Shown one piece after another: positions 25,101-40,060 of a stretch of DNA of 64,000 bases. Made by a program: the position numbers and the translations under genes. The notes beneath the pieces were generated by a model. The model was not told the origin of the DNA. It did not search any database and saw only the letters and a program-made list of their open reading frames with translations. Source of the DNA: Leucoraja ocellata (taxonomy: Eukaryota). How positions within the stretch are numbered: the first letter of the stretch is position 1; the number at the start of each line of letters is the position of its first letter. Where the stretch lies: the NCBI GenBank assembly GCA_036785375.1, contig JAWMAR010000471.1:744001-808000 (forward strand). The letters are read 5' to 3'.

Positions 25101-28100
25101 ATTCATTTGTTTTGTTTTTTGTATAGTATTGTTTTTGTAATTGTATTTGTTTAGGTTACTTTAACTCCACCAAACTAATGTAAATTAACTAAACTACAAC
25201 GCTGCACAAACTGGTGACCGGCAACAAGGCCATTAGTGAATGACTTTGCCAATTCAGCAAGATGGAGAAACTTAATAAGAACAGCGCGTTTTACAGCCGC
25301 AGTTGCTCAGTTGCGCATGCTGGCTGGATTAGCGGGTATTAGATACAGGGAGAGATTGGTCATATTTGGATTTTTATCCCTCTGGAACGTCGAAGATTGC
25401 AGGGACAACTGGTTGAGTTATGTAAACTTATGAGACCCGGTGGATTGTCAGAACTTTGATTTTCCCAGAATGGAAATAATGTATCGAAGAGGGCACAGCT
25501 TTATGCTAAGAAGGGCAACATTTAAAGAAAATGTGCGGCGCTACGTTTTACACAAAGTGTGGCGAGTGTATATAACGCGCTGCTGGTTAAGGCGGATACG
25601 ATAGTAGAATGTGAAATAGTTTTGGATGGAGATATGATTCTGCAGGGAAAGGAAGGATATTGATTACGCGCAGATAGTTCGGAGCTGGTCTTGTTATCGG
25701 GTCGACAGGAACATTGTGAACTAAAAATCTGTTCTTCAACTGATCTATCTAAATGCTGACCCGAGCACCATGTTTGATCGGGCTATGCTGGCTTCACCTT
25801 GTATTAAACCTTGTTCCATTATCATGTATCTTTAATACTGCGAATGGCTCGATTACAATCATGTGTTGTCTTTCTGCTGACTGGATAGCACGCAACAAAA
25901 GCTTTCCAATGTACCTCGGTACACGAGGCAATAAACTAAACTGAACGATCTTTTGCTGTATGTTCTATGTTCTAAGTTCCAAAACAGACAGTGTCTGGAC
26001 CAGGTTTAGGAAGTTTGGTATTAATTTCACAATGGCTACAGGAAGTCCGAAGTGGTGCAGTGATTGTGAACAGTGATTGTGCCTGCTATAAAACGAAGTA
26101 TTTTATTTTCAGGCAATGGCTGTACCATGCATGTTTGGCTTATACAGCAGAACATGCGCCGAATTTGGACCAGCTGCAATAGGGCGTAGTTTAATAAAAT
26201 ACAAACTACCGCAGATACTAAACATGTACAACTGCACAGAAAATAAAATAAATCTCCAGCGGCAAGGCAGCAGTTTTAAGGTGAAAAATAAGTTTAATGT
26301 TCAAGGCTATTTATTTTTCTACAAAACGGAATTCACCAGGTGCAATTAGTAAAGTGTATTTGAATGGTGACTGAACGGAGATTGGCATAATATTAGCAAT
26401 AAAAATACATTAATGTACTGAAGAGAGAGTTTGGTCCTAACGTTAAAAAGCAGATTCGATGAAATAAAGCATTGGGGCACTGTCATATTCTGGAGCGTTT
26501 CTACAGCTGCACCTCTGTTGTTGCAGATACACATTGACCATGACGGGTTACCGAGGATTTATCTGCCCCAGAAGTTGCGCAACTTATTTCAATACTGGAA
26601 TAAAAACACCAGGTTTAGTCGATTTAGTCCAAAATCTATTTATTATTAACACTCACATTATGAATACTTAGGAATGTGTTGGCCAAGTTCACCAGGTGGA
26701 TATGTCTTCGTTGTTGAACCACTGTCAACACGAGCATTTCATGCATTTCGTTGTCTCTGTACTGTACACTGACAATGACAATTAAATTAAAAATTGAATC
26801 TGAGCAATATGAAACAAGCAAGAGATTATGTTTCAATAATTTTAATTATTCAATGCGAACCAAGGTGCTCTTGATAAACTCGAATCAATCCCGCATATAT
26901 TTTTGTCTCCGATTTAATAGGATTCGTGTTGAGACCAAAATAGTTTTTCATCTGATGTTCTTTCTGTCTAAAAAGTACTTGGAAGAATAAAGAAGTGTGA
27001 AGAGGAAGACAGAAACATATCATTATCTTTACTTCCGGTGACAACTCTTCCATCTGCTAGTTACATTTCAGTTACACGATAATGACTTTGAAAGGAAAAC
27101 AATCTAACCTCGAGTCGTTTCAGAAGAGAGCGAATTATAAAATGAACTATAATACATTAATTGAGTTTCCTTAAGTTTAGTTTACAGAGTGAAAACTGTC
27201 CATTCGCTCCATCACGTCCGCGCCGTCCAACAAGTACCCGCACACAGCCTCTCTCCTGCACACAGGAGCAATTACAGAGACCAATTAAACGGCAAACCTG
27301 CATGTGTTTCGAATGTGGCCATCGCGCGGACAAATGCGATCTAGCCGCGGCCAAACCCAGCAGTAGGCAGCCCACCGCCGACAGAGTATCACCGGCTAGG
27401 CCAGACCTCAATCGCCTATTACTGATGACTGGCCCGGTATGACTGATTCGCCCGCTGCAGAACGGGGACGGAGGCCACGCGCCGCAGCGGTAGTGTGCTG
27501 TCCGAAACAGCCAGAGATCCGGGTTTGATCCTGACCACGGTTGTTGCCTGCACGGCGCTTGTCCGTTATCCGCGTGACGAGTTGTCCGTTCTCCAAGAAG
27601 CGTTTTATCCTGGTCTCCTCGAATACTCCAAAGACGTATCAGTTTGTAGTTTCGGGAAAATGGTAAAATATCTCCAGTGCGCAGAATTGTGTTAGTGTGC
27701 GGGAATCGCTGATCAACGCGGACTTTGTGAGCCGAGGGGCCTGTTTCCGCGCTGTACCCCCAAACGAAATATATGTGTTTATATGCATATTATTGCACAA
27801 AGGTAGGAGATGCAGTTTACAAGATGTGAATCAAGTATTGTGGTCTGGGTACTTACATGGAAAATAGATGGCCGCAAAAAGGAAACAGTGATGGAACGGC
27901 TGTGGAACGGAATTGTGGACCTATTGGCATTGAGAGCTGAAGGCTTGGCTGTTGGATTCAAAGTATGGAGGGTTTGATTGTAAATAATGTTATGGAAAGA
28001 TTTGTGCAGAAGTTGCCGCCAAGTCAAAAGTCACCAATCAACCATAATCCTCATAAATATCTTAGCTGGCACTAACAGCAGAAAGATTCCTTGTTTTTCG

Positions 28101-28344
28101 TAATCAGTTACATTTTAATTGGAAGCCTCTTCCATCATTCTCAATGTCTTCCCAACTGCGGAGTTCTACGCACGATGCACACGAGTCCGAGAATCATCCT
28201 TTCAAGCTGTTTCCCCTTGTTTTCATTGTCAACACTTTGCATCTGCAGAACTGCAGCGTCTGCGCTGGGGTAATGGCTTGGGAGATAAATGCCAGACCAA
28301 TTTGCTCTATGACCAATCACAAACGAGAACCTTCTCCAAATAAC

Positions 28345-28850
28345 AATTACAGCATGGAAACAGGCCATCCCGGCCCTACAAGTCCGTGCCGAACAATTAT
28401 TTTCCCTTAGTCCCACCTGCCTGCATTCATACCATAACCCTACATTCCCTTCTCATCCATATGCCTATCCAATTTATTTTTAAATTATACCAATGAACCT
28501 GCTTCCACCACTTCCACTGGAAGCTCATTCCACACCGCTACCACTCACTGAGTAAAGACGTCCCCCCTCATATTACCCCTAAACGTCTATCCCTTAATTC
28601 TGAAGTCATGTCCTCTTGTTTGAATCTTCCCTATTCTCAAAGGGAAACGCTTTTCCACATCAACTCTGTCTATCCCTCTCATCATTTTAAAGACCTCTAT
28701 CAAGTCGCCCTTAACCTTCTGCGCGCCAGAGAATAAAGACCTAACTTATTCAACCTTTCTCTGTAACTTAGTTGTTGAAACCCAGGCAAATTCTAGTAAA
28801 TCTCCTCTGTACTCTCTCTATTTTGTTGACATCCTTCCTATAATTGGGCG
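28345..28850 (-). mobile_element. CR1 3' fragment
   Basis: Reverse complement closely resembles 16990-17525. Confidence 0.8.
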
Positions 28851-29619
28851 ACTTCGCTTTTCCGCCCTAGACTCTGCTTCCTTAAAATATAATTAGATCC
28901 CCTTGCTTGTATAAACACCGTCCGCCGCCGTTGGTTGCAACTGGTGAAGAGTGAATCTTTATTGTACATTGTAAACTCATTATATTAAGCAGATTTGTAA
29001 CCTGAGTGCTTACAGGAGCAATCAGAGATGGGTTTAGAGAAGAATAGTGTGATCAGGGGGAAGAGTCGAGGACAGGAATAGTAGTGCTATTGCCATTCAG
29101 TTGGAGGCTTGGCGGCTGGTTACGATGGATGCAGAGTTTGTTGGTAAATCCAGTTCAGAACAGATTGCTGTGGAAAGTGGCGCCACGTCACAAATGGACA
29201 TTGATCCCAATGGAGATCACAACTGGCGCAAGCAGCTCAAGCAAAACACATTTCGTCCCCAAAATACTGTTGTTATCAGTTTATATATCTCTAAATATTT
29301 ATTTCATCATTCTCCATTTTTTGCTGCAGCTAACTAAACCTAGGTCCGAGAGGAGAAAAGCATGTTTTACTCCGAGAGTGGTGAATCTGTGGAATTCTCT
29401 GCCACAGAAGGTGATTGAGGCCAGTTCATTGGCTATATTTAAGAGGGAGTTAGATGTGGCCCTTGTGGCTAAAGGGATCAGGAGGTATGGAGAGAAGGCA
29501 GGTATGGGATACAGAGTTGGATGATCAGTCATGATCATATTGAATGGCGGTGCAGGCTCGAAGGACCGAATAGCTTACTGCTGCACCTATTTTCTATGTT
29601 TTTATGTTTCTGTGTTTCT

Positions 29620-32600
29620 AAGGTACTGGAAGAGAGAAGGTGGGTGACAGTGAGAAAGGGAAGGAGACATGGAATGCAAAGGTCCCCGGGTATTGTACCT
29701 CTTGAGAACGGGCTCACCCACTTAGAAGCTGTCGGGACAGAAGACGTTAACACACTGAGCGGCGGACTGGCTTGCGTAGCAAAGGTGCTGTTGAGCCAAA
29801 TCCAAAGAGGCCGACGTCAGGCAACGCCGTGGTACTTGGAAACTCCATTGTGAGAGGTACGGACAGGGGTTCCTGCGGCAACAGACGAGGTTCGATGGTG
29901 GAGCGTTGCCTCCCTGTGACAGGATCCAGGTTGTCACGGACACAGAGCAGAAAATCCTCAAGGGCGTAGGTGAATAGCCGGAAGTGGTAGTGCATATAAC
30001 CATATAACCATATAACTATATAACCGTATAACAATTACAGCACGGAAACAGGCCATCTCGACCCTTCTAGTGCATGCCGAACACGTATTCTCCCCTAGTC
30101 CCATATACCTGCGCTCAGGCCATACCCCTCCATTCCTTTCCCGTCCATATAACTATCCAATTTATGTTTAAAATATAAAAACGAACCTGCCTCTACCACC
30201 TTCACTGGAAGCTCATTCCACACATCCACCACTCTCTGAGTAAAGAAGTTTCCCCTCATGTTACCCCTAATCTTCAATCCCTTAATTGTACATATCGGCA
30301 CAAACGATGTCGGAAAGAAGGGGGTGAATATTCTTTAGCGTGACTTGAGAGAGCTCGGAAAATTGCTGAAGCGCAGGACCTCCAGAGCTGTTATCTCCGG
30401 GTTGCTTCCAGTTCCTCGTGTTGGCGAGAGCAGGAACAGGGAGATACAGGTCCTGAATGCGTGCCTGAGGACCTGGTGCAGGGGGCAGGGATTTAGATTC
30501 TTAGAACACTGGGATCTTTTGGAGTAAGGGGTAACTGTACAAAAGGGACTGATTGCACTTTATCAGGTGGGACACTTGCATTCTGGCAGGCAGGTTTGAC
30601 ACTGCTACACTGGTGGTTTTAAACTGACTAAGGGGGGGGGTCAAATGGGATAGCCAAGGATAGAGTTAAAGGGAAAAAGAGTAAATGGATAGTTAATGAC
30701 CCCCAGAATTAATGGAAAAGAAAGCTCACAAAGGGATAGGAGACTATGGCCAAGTGTAATAGGGATCGATGTGAAAGGTGAGATGCGTAAGGAATTAAAA
30801 GTATTGTATATGAATGCGCAAAGTATAAGAAGTAAAGTAGATGTGCTTGAGGCTTAGTTATTGGTTGGTAGATATGACATTGTGGGGATTACTGACACGT
30901 GGCTGCAGTTGAAGAATTGTAAAGGCAAGAAGACTAATTGGTGTTATCTACAGACCCCCAAATAATAGCCCGGATGTAGCGTGTACGTTGCAGCAGGAGT
31001 TAAAACGGGCATGTAACTAAGGTAATGCCACTCTGGTGCCTCCGAGATGGGTTATTATAGCAGCTTGTAATGGAGCCGACCAGAGAATTCTAGATTTAGT
31101 GTTGTCCAATCAACCAGATTTGATAAGAGAACTCGAGGTAAGGAACCGTTTGGAGGTAGTGATCATAATATGATTAGTTTTAATCTGCAATTTGAGAAGG
31201 GGAAGATTAACTCGGAAATGTCAGTGATGTAGTTGAACAAAGGGGACTATGAAGGCATGGGAGGGGAGCTGGCCAAGGTAGACCGGAAAGGCATCCTAGC
31301 AGGAATGACGATGGAACAGCAATGGCAGGAATTTCTGGGCATAAACCGGAAGACACAGGATAATTTCATTCGAAAAAGGAAGAAAGATTCAAAGGTGAGT
31401 AGGAGGCAACCGCGGCTGACACGAGACGTTCAGAATAGAATAAAATTAAAAGAAAAGATGTATGACACAGCAAAAAGTAGCCATAAGCCATAGGATTGGG
31501 AAACGTTCATAGGGCAACAGAAGGAAACAAAACGTGCAATAGGAGCTGAGAAGATTAAGTGTGAGTGGAAGTTGGTCAAGAACATCAGGAGGGACTATAA
31601 ACGCTTCTTTAGATATGTTAAGGGGAAAAAGTAGCAAAGTCAAATGTGGGTCTCTTGAAGACAGACACGGGTGAAATTATTATGGGTAATAATGAAATGG
31701 CAGAATAGTTGAACTGGTACTTCGGATCTGTCTTAGAAGAACAGAAGAAGACACAAACAATCTCCCAGATGTATTGGAGGACAGAGGATCTGAGGGGTAG
31801 CGGAACTGAAATACATTTTCGTTAGGCGAGAAATAGAATTGGTTAGGCGAATGGGACGGAAGGATGATAAATCCCCTGGGTCTGATAGTCTGCATCCCAG
31901 GATCCTCATGGAGGTGGCTCTACAAATAGTGGACGCATTGGTGATCATTGACCAATGTTCAATCGATTCAGGGTCTGTTCCTGTGGATGGAAGTATAGCT
32001 AATGTTATAGTAACAGAGAAACATAGAAAATAGGTGCAGGAGTAGGCCATTCGGCCCTTCGAGCCTGCACCGCCATTCAATATGACCATGGCTGATCATC
32101 CAGCTCAGTATCCTGTACCTGCCTTCACTCCATACCCGCAGATCCCTTTAGCCACAAGGTCCACATCCAACTCCCTCTTCAATATAGCCAATGAACTGAC
32201 CTCGATTACTTTTTGTGACAGAGAATTCCACAGATTCACTACTCTCAGATTGATTTTTCTTTCTCATCTCGGTCCTAAAATACTTCCCCCTTATCCTTAA
32301 ACTGTGACCCCTTGTTCTGGACTCCCCAAAATCGGGAACAATCTAGCCTGTCCACCCCGTTATGAATGTTGTAAGTTTCTATAAGACCCCCCCCCCCTTC
32401 AATCTTCCAAATTCTAGCGAGTAGAAGCCGAGTCTATCCAGTCGTGCTTCATATGGAAGTACTGCCATACCATGAATCAGTGTGGTGATCCTTCTCTGTA
32501 CTCCCTCTATGGCAAGAATGTCTTTCCTCAGATAAGGAGACAAAAACTGTACGGAATACTCCAGGTGTGGTCTCACCAAGGCCCTGTACAGCTGCAATAG

Positions 32601-34845
32601 AACCTCCCTGCTCCTATACTCAAAACCTTTTTGCTATGAATGCCAACATACCATTCGCTTTCTTCACTGCCTGCTGCACCTGCATGCCAACTTTCAAAGA
32701 CTGGTGTACCATGACACCCAGGTCTCGTTGCATCTCCCCTTTTCCTAATCGGCCACCATTCAGATAATAGTCTACTCACCTGTTCTTGCCACCAAAGTGG
32801 ACAACCTCACATTTATCCACATCATACTGCATCTGCCATGCATTTGCCCATTCACCCAGCCTATCCAAGTTATCTTGCAGCCTCCTAGCATCCTCCTCAC
32901 AGCTAACACTGCCCCCCCCCCCCCCCCCCGCTTCGTGTGATCCACAAACATGGAGGTTGCATCCAATTCCCTCGGCCAAATCATCAATATATATAGTAAA
33001 TAGCTGGGGTCCCAGCACTGAGCCATGCGGTACCCCACTAGTCACTGCATGCCATTCTGAAAAGGACCTGTTTACTCCTACTCTTTGCTTCCTGTCTGCC
33101 AGCAAGTTCTCTATCCACATCAATACTGAAGCCCCAATACCGTGTGCTTTAAGTTTGCGTACTAATCTTTTATGTGGGACCTTGTCGAAAGCCTTCTGAA
33201 AGTCCAGATATAACACATCCACTGGTTCTCCCTTATCCACTCTATTAGTTACATCTTCGAAAAATGCACTGAGATTCGTCAGACATGATTTACCTTTCAT
33301 AAATCCATGCTGACTGTCCAATGATTTCACCACTTTCCAAATGTGCTGCTATCCCATCTTTAATAACTGACTCTAGCATTTCCCCACTACCGATGTTAGA
33401 CTGACTTGTCTGTAATTCCCCGTTTTCTCTCTCCCTTCTTAAAAATTGGGGTTACATTAGCTACCCTCCAATCCTCAGGAACTACTCCAAAATCTGAAGA
33501 GTTTTGAAAAATGATCACGAATGCATCCACTGTTTCTGGGGCTACATCCTTTAGTACTCTACGATGCCGCCTATCTCGCCCTGGGGATTTATCGGCCTTT
33601 AATCCATTCAATTTACCTCACACCACTTCCCGACTAACATGCATTTCGCTCCGCTCCTCCATCTTATTTGACCCCCGGTCCCCTGATAATTCCGGCAAAT
33701 TATTTATGTCTTCCTCATCCCACTTTTCAAGAAAGGAGCGAGAGAGTAAACGGAGACTTACAGGCCAGTTAGCCTGACTTCGGTGGTAGATAAGATACTG
33801 GAGTCAATTAATAAAGAGGTAATAATGGGGAATTTGGATAGCAAAAGGATTAGTCCAAGTCTACATGGATTTATGAAGAGGGAAATCACGCTTGACTAAT
33901 CTTCGGGAATTTTTTGAGGTTGCGACAAGTTAAATGGTTGGAGGGGATCCATTGGATGTAGAGTATCTAGACTTTCAGAAAGCCTTGGATAAGGTGCCGC
34001 ACGGGAGACTGGTGACTAAAATTAGAGCACATGGTATTGGGGATAGGGTGTTGACATGGATAGAAAATTGATTGACAGGCAGGAAGCAAAGAGTAGGAGT
34101 GAACGGGTCATTTTCAGAATGGCAGGCAGTGGCGAGTGGAGTGCCTCAAGTCTCGGTGTTGGGGCCGCAACATTTCACCATATATATTAATGATTTGGAA
34201 GAGGGAATTAGGAGCAACACTAGCAGGTTGGCAGATGACACAAAGCTGGGTGGCAGTGTGAACTGTGAAGAAGCTGTTAGGAGGTTGCAGGGTGACCTGG
34301 ACAGGTAGTGTGAATGGGCAGTTGCGTGGCACATGCAGTATAATATAGATAAATATGAGGTTATCCACTTTGCCGGCAAACGCAAGGGAGCAGATTATTA
34401 TCTCAATGGGTTTAGGTTAGGTAACGGGGGGGGGGGGGGGGGGGGGGGGGTGCATCGAGACCTGGGCGGCCTTGTACACCAGTCATTGAACGTTGGCGTG
34501 CAGATACAGGAGGCAGTGAAGAAAGCCAATGGAATGTTGGCCTTCATAACAAGAGGATTTCAGTATCGGAGTAAAGAGGTTCTTCTGCAGTTGTATAGAG
34601 CTCTGGTAAGGCCATATCTGGAGTATTGTGTGCAGTTTTGGTCTCCTAAATTGAGGAAGGACATCCTCGTGATTGAGGCATTTCAGCGTAGGTTCACGAG
34701 ATTGATCCCTGAGATGGCGGGACTGTCATATGAGGAAAGGTTGAAAAGACTGGGCTTGTATTCTCTGGAGTTTAGAAAGTTGAGGGGGGGGGGGGGGGGT
34801 TCTTATAGAAACATATACAATTATAAATGGACAAGCTAGATGGAG
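29620..34845 (+). mobile_element. Long decayed CR1 (ORF1 SGNH esterase plus ORF2) interrupted by minus-strand CR1 insertions at ~29997-30288 and ~32015-33715
   Basis: ORF1 motifs VLGNSIVRG, VVVHIGTNDV (split by an insertion), VISGLLPVPR. ORF2 resumes at gctaatgttat|cccactttt; GVPQVSVLGP and LADDTKL follow. Confidence 0.82.
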
Positions 34846-35567
34846 GTGGGGCATTAATGCTAAACGATGCAGAATCTCTGGCTTACCAGACAGGCGAAAC
34901 TACTCACCTTACAGCAATCTACTGGACACTAGCTTGTGACACTCTTCTTCCATTAAAAAATATAGTTAGTAATGCCAACTTGTTTGAACGGCACCCACTA
35001 CCTTTGGCTGCATCTGGTGCAGAATTACTAATTGTACTGAAAACCGAAGGCCTCTGTAAGAAGCAACGAGGCATAACATTCAGTGCGAGAAGGAAAAATA
35101 GAATGGGACTCTCATTAACGTAAATGTTGCAACAAGAATTTTATTAAACACATTGGTGCACTGAGCATTTACATACGTAACCATGGAACGGCTCAAAGAA
35201 TTGTAGAGTAATGGAGCATGCAATGTTTAGGACCATAACTCTATGTCTGTTTTCATTGCGTGCTGGAGACGTTGCCGTTGCCAAAGGAATGTGTAACAGT
35301 TAACGGCGAGGCTCAATTCCGGAATCATTGGAGGTCTGCTCCAGTACAACATAGCACTCGGCTCCACATGGCCGCCCTTCCCACTGGGCACTTTGAACAA
35401 CGCGCCCGTGTTGCATGTTAAATAGATGGCTAAATGTGCATTCCAGTGCAAGGGGCGCGTTCAGATTGTATTTCTAAGCTATTTTTTGGAAAATTGATGC
35501 GGAAAGATTTCAGAGAAAACTCCTTCATTATCTAGTTTTGCACTGACTCACGGTGGGATTAGTAATG

Positions 35568-37943
35568 TTATTTTACACCAGATTCTCTCGATTTTATTAA
35601 GCTTACAGTTAGGGTGAAGGGGTACATGAGTACCTGGAGCAGATGCTCTCTGAACCTCCTCTGGGTCACGGTGTAAATAAGCGTGTTTGTGCTGGTGTTC
35701 AACAGTTGTAGCAGAATTCCAGTTTGTTCAAATGTTGCAAATGGGTTCTTCAACCCCCTGTACATAAATGCAATCGTACATCGATAGGATACGAAATATG
35801 CCACGTTTGTGCCCCAGAGCAGCATAAAACTGCTGGAGATTGCAAGGAGTAAAATTACGGACCGTCTGCGGTTTGCGATCTCGGGGTCCTCACTACTGAG
35901 ATCGCAGAGTTTTCTGCGGACACGACTGGCCACTAAAATGCGTCTGACTGTGAGCACGTTCATCAGCATAATCAAACAAAATGGAATGACTGGGACTAGC
36001 AGCTGTTGAGTCCAGGAAAATGTTATCCACGAGGAGAGGCTATAAAAGTGATATCGTATTTGGCAACCCCACAGCGTACCCTGCCGATCCCTGAAATAAT
36101 AAATGTACGCAAAAGGCCAGGGGACGTTCAGTAAACAGAAGAACGCAGTTAGGGTCACTATAACCACCAGCGCGGTTCTCTCAGTGCAGTATCTGGTTCT
36201 CAGATTCTGAGTGGAAATGGCCACAAAGCGATCAAATGTGAAAGCGACCGTGAGCCAAACAGAACAGGCAACGGCCGCGGGAGCGAGGAACATAATGGAC
36301 CTGCACACAGTATTGTGTAAGAGGAATGAGTGCCCCCAGTAAAGGTCAGCAATCCGATGTAACATCACTTCGCAGACGATCACCGTGAGGTCCACAGTCG
36401 CCATGGCCACCAGGTACCGAGTGGTGCATTTGGAGAGACCACAATTTCTGCGCGACAGGATCACAATTGCCAGCAAGTTCACTGCGGGTGTAGAAAAGAG
36501 GAAACTGTAGTTACATGTAAGGGAAACGCGATGCTAATTTGGAGGCGGGGATCAATTTAGGGCACGCTTTGCTTATTTGTTCGAAAACAACTGGCCCACA
36601 TGCAAACCTGGGTGCTTGCCAAGGAGCTGTGCGGATTAATTAGCAGCGGTCTACGCAGGTAGCGTGAGCTGTCTCCCAGCCACACTTGTTGCACCGCAGA
36701 CTCTATATTGCAGCAACATGTCCGCATCAGACGACATCGTCCTGGACCTAAACCCTTCCCGGGAACAGCCGGGCAACAAAGGCGTCGAAAGTAAGATTCC
36801 CATTTCTCCGCTGGAGAACTTGCCTTCAACACTACTCCCATCCAAACCCATTGATAAGCTCCACAGCCCAGCGAGCAGCACACCAGCTTGCGAATGGATA
36901 CTCAACTTCCTAAAGAATAAACCGAGAGAATTAGTGGTAACACCCTTCCACAATAATTCTCAACAACGGTGCCGCACAAAGCTTGTTGTGGGGCCATCTA
37001 TGCCCAATAAAGAATAAATTGCACAGGGTTCTGGAAGACGCCGGGTCCATATCACGAAATGGACTCCGCACTGTTGACTGCGTTTGCACTTCACAATCTT
37101 TGGAAACGGAGACATGTCTCACCCCGCTCATTCCTTCTACTTCCTGCTCCGTCGGGCAGAAAATGGAGAAGGCTTAAAGCTCGCTCCACCAGACTCCAGA
37201 ACAGCTCTTCCCCATCTGTTGTCAGGCTTCTGAGCCGCTCTTCCATATGCCAGGGCATTGCCGTTTCACCTCTATCCCCTTGCGGACATTGGGCTTTGTG
37301 GAAGTGATACGCTGCAGTGCGCTTCCAAACTTGAACTACGCTCTGCACTCCGATTTCCCCTCTTACACTACCTGTTACTGAGATTGAATTGTTTGTACTG
37401 TTATTTAATTTTATTTGATCTAATTTGGATTTCTTGCAAACCAAAGCTTTTTGCAGCTCCCGGAGAGACATGACAAACAATGCACCTAAAGCTGAATCTG
37501 AAGAGAATTAACCCGTGCCAGATCCAAGGAACGACCAACGATCAAGTAGATTAACAAAGGAATAGGTGACGTTTCGGGTCGAGACCCTTCTTCAGACTGA
37601 TCAGTCTCGACCCGAAACGTCACCTATTCCTTCGCTTCCTAGATGCCGCTTCACCCGCTGTCTAATTCTCCAGCATTTTTGTCTAGATTCGATTTCTCCA
37701 GCAACTGCAGTAATTTCTTAAACAAACATTTTCTAGTTAATACCGCCCTAACCTGAAGAATGCAGTCTAGCATTCCCGTGTTTCGCACACTATTTACACT
37801 TTACCTTTAACATTGTTTTTATCAACATATCATCTCACGTCTCAGTCCCTCTTACTGCTTTCCCTTCACCTACCGGGTACTCCGATTGCTGCCAGAATTG
37901 GATAATAGTAATATTCAACTTCCAAGTGCCACTTCCAACTCAT
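35568..37943 (-). CDS. GPR139-like GPCR, copy 3 (exons 37943-37874 and 36481-35568)
   Basis: Exon 1 reads MSWKWHLEVEYYYYPILAAIGVP with GT donor; CAG acceptor; intact 7TM ORF closely paralogous to copies 1 and 2. Confidence 0.9.
37559..37630 (-). ncRNA. Same hammerhead-like inverted repeat in GPCR3 intron (core 37595-37568)
   Basis: Identical core on the minus (gene-sense) strand. Confidence 0.55.
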
Positions 37944-39809
37944 TATTCCTTCAAGCCGTCCGCAGTTATGCAGTGCAAAACTTAGAGAAGTCAAAGTGAG
38001 AAGTCAAACAGCGCTATATTTATATTCCTGGAAAAAAGTGAAGTACTGCGTGCGTTCACCTCCCCGCGGACATTTATTTTGGACCGATGAACAAATAGTT
38101 TGCTCCCATGTGATGCAAAGCGATCAAACTCATTATGCGACCGCTCCCTACTCAGGCACCAGCTCAGCACCAACAGAACAAAGGGACTGTAAAATACGAC
38201 TGCACATTCTATTTTTAAATGTTAACGCGTGGCACACAGATGCAGCAAAATTCATGTCATGTAGTATTTGTCTACACATGCTGCGATGCAACACAGTATT
38301 TCATTTGTAGCATTTGTAATGCATTTTCCAGACACCGTTCCATTCATTTAACATGTACCCATTAATAATTTGATCTTTCAAAAGGAATGATTATTATTTT
38401 AGGGCAGGGTCTAAATGATGTAAATCACAGGGAACCTTCCAGAAGACATCGTATACATTCAGATACAACAGCAGCATTAATGCCTTTCAACTGTTGGCAC
38501 CGCATGAAGTAAAGGATAGGCGAATATAATGTGTAACGTGACAACTCACTGGAAATAAACAGCAGCTGGAAATATTCTTGATCAACAGGTTATCTTTAAA
38601 GAAATGTGTTAATTCATAAAACATAGAGGTGACCAGCTTTTGATGTTACTCCAGATATTAGGGCGAAATCTTCTCAATGCATAGATCCGTTGGAGATATC
38701 AAGAATGTTGATGTGCAAGATGATAGAACCGATTGAATCCGCTAAGGAGACTCTGACCGGCGGTACATGTTTTGGGATAGATAATTTTGAAAAAAATCTT
38801 GACCTAAAAACAAGTGTCATGTTTGCTGCACTCAAACTAAGAAATTTAAAGGAAAAAAAATCTTCACAAAGCAGTACAGCACAGGAACAGGGATATTAAT
38901 TTTCGAAATAATTAATTAAGGATCCATTTAAACTAGGGAGTATGCAACTCTCCTCACACGAATGGTACTAATATTGGACAGTGCGAATTGTGAGATGGAC
39001 TGGATAATGCAGAAGCTTTTTCTCTCTGCAGCGAACAAAACAGGAGGAATTATGGAGAATTAAAATATGACAAGGTGATCAATTGAAGTATTATATTTTG
39101 TTCCTAAGGTATAGGTCTCTACAATAAGTAAATATTTAAAGGGCACGCAGCGCCAACTTCCCCTCACGGGAGGGGCAGGTATATTGAACCAACTCTCACT
39201 GTAAGTGGTAGTTGCATGTTACACAGCACAGAAACAGGGCCCTTTCTCCATCTTGTTCATGAACTATTTGCTTACAACCAATGCGAGTAAATTTGAATGT
39301 GGATGGTAAGATTTTTTTCCCTCAGCCAGCTGGAGGTGTGGGCTTATTTCACGGCAGGAGTCGCACGCAGTTGGATATAAGTGGAGTTTAACCACCTGGT
39401 CTGGGACGTTGACGAGGCCGCACGTGCAATGTTGTTCAGATCGCAATATGTTAGCGATGATACAATTAAACTGGGGGTGGCAGCGTATTAATGACAAAGT
39501 TTTTGCCTGGACTGGTGTGGTGGTTCAATCCTGAGAGAGACTGTATAGGTCAGGATATTTTATTTCTCTGGACCGAACGATGTTGTCATTTGACATTTCA
39601 AGTTTTGAACGTTTTCGCGAGAGACAATATAATCAAGACAGTCGTCGAAATGCCCAATTGTGTTCCAAATGACGAGGATGAGAGATTTAGTAGAGATGTA
39701 GACTCGGATGTTATGTGCAGAAATTTGCGCCTTGCCCCGGCGGAAGGTGATTTGTTGTTCTTAGATCTTGGCATAAAGTCCTGGTGTCATCCGGCAAGCG
39801 CGACCAAAC

Positions 39810-40060
39810 CAGAAACGTGAGCCGCGCGGAGGTCGAGTCAGTGACACGACGTCGAGGCGGCTGCGGACCGGCAGCCGCGCGGAATTTTTGAACACGGTCA
39901 GTTTTTCGGAGCCCCGCGCGATGTCGGGACCAGCTCCGCACAACTCCATACGCCTCCGGCGATCGAAGTGGGACCGGCCATGCGAGGTCGTACGGCTCAA
40001 GCGACCACGTTAGGTCGCGCTTGCCGCTTGGAGTCGCATGCTCGTGGGACAGGTCCTTTA
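39810..40060. mobile_element. Probable non-autonomous DNA transposon (MITE) fragment
   Basis: GC-rich and ends GTGGGACAGG, like the termini at 8390-8412 and 13573-13597. Confidence 0.35.

Larger units (their letters stand above)
34890..39790 (-). repeat. Third copy of the GPCR duplication unit (direct repeat of ~19375-24310)
   Basis: 3' flank, exons, intron and ~1.8 kb upstream are collinear with copy 2. Confidence 0.85.
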
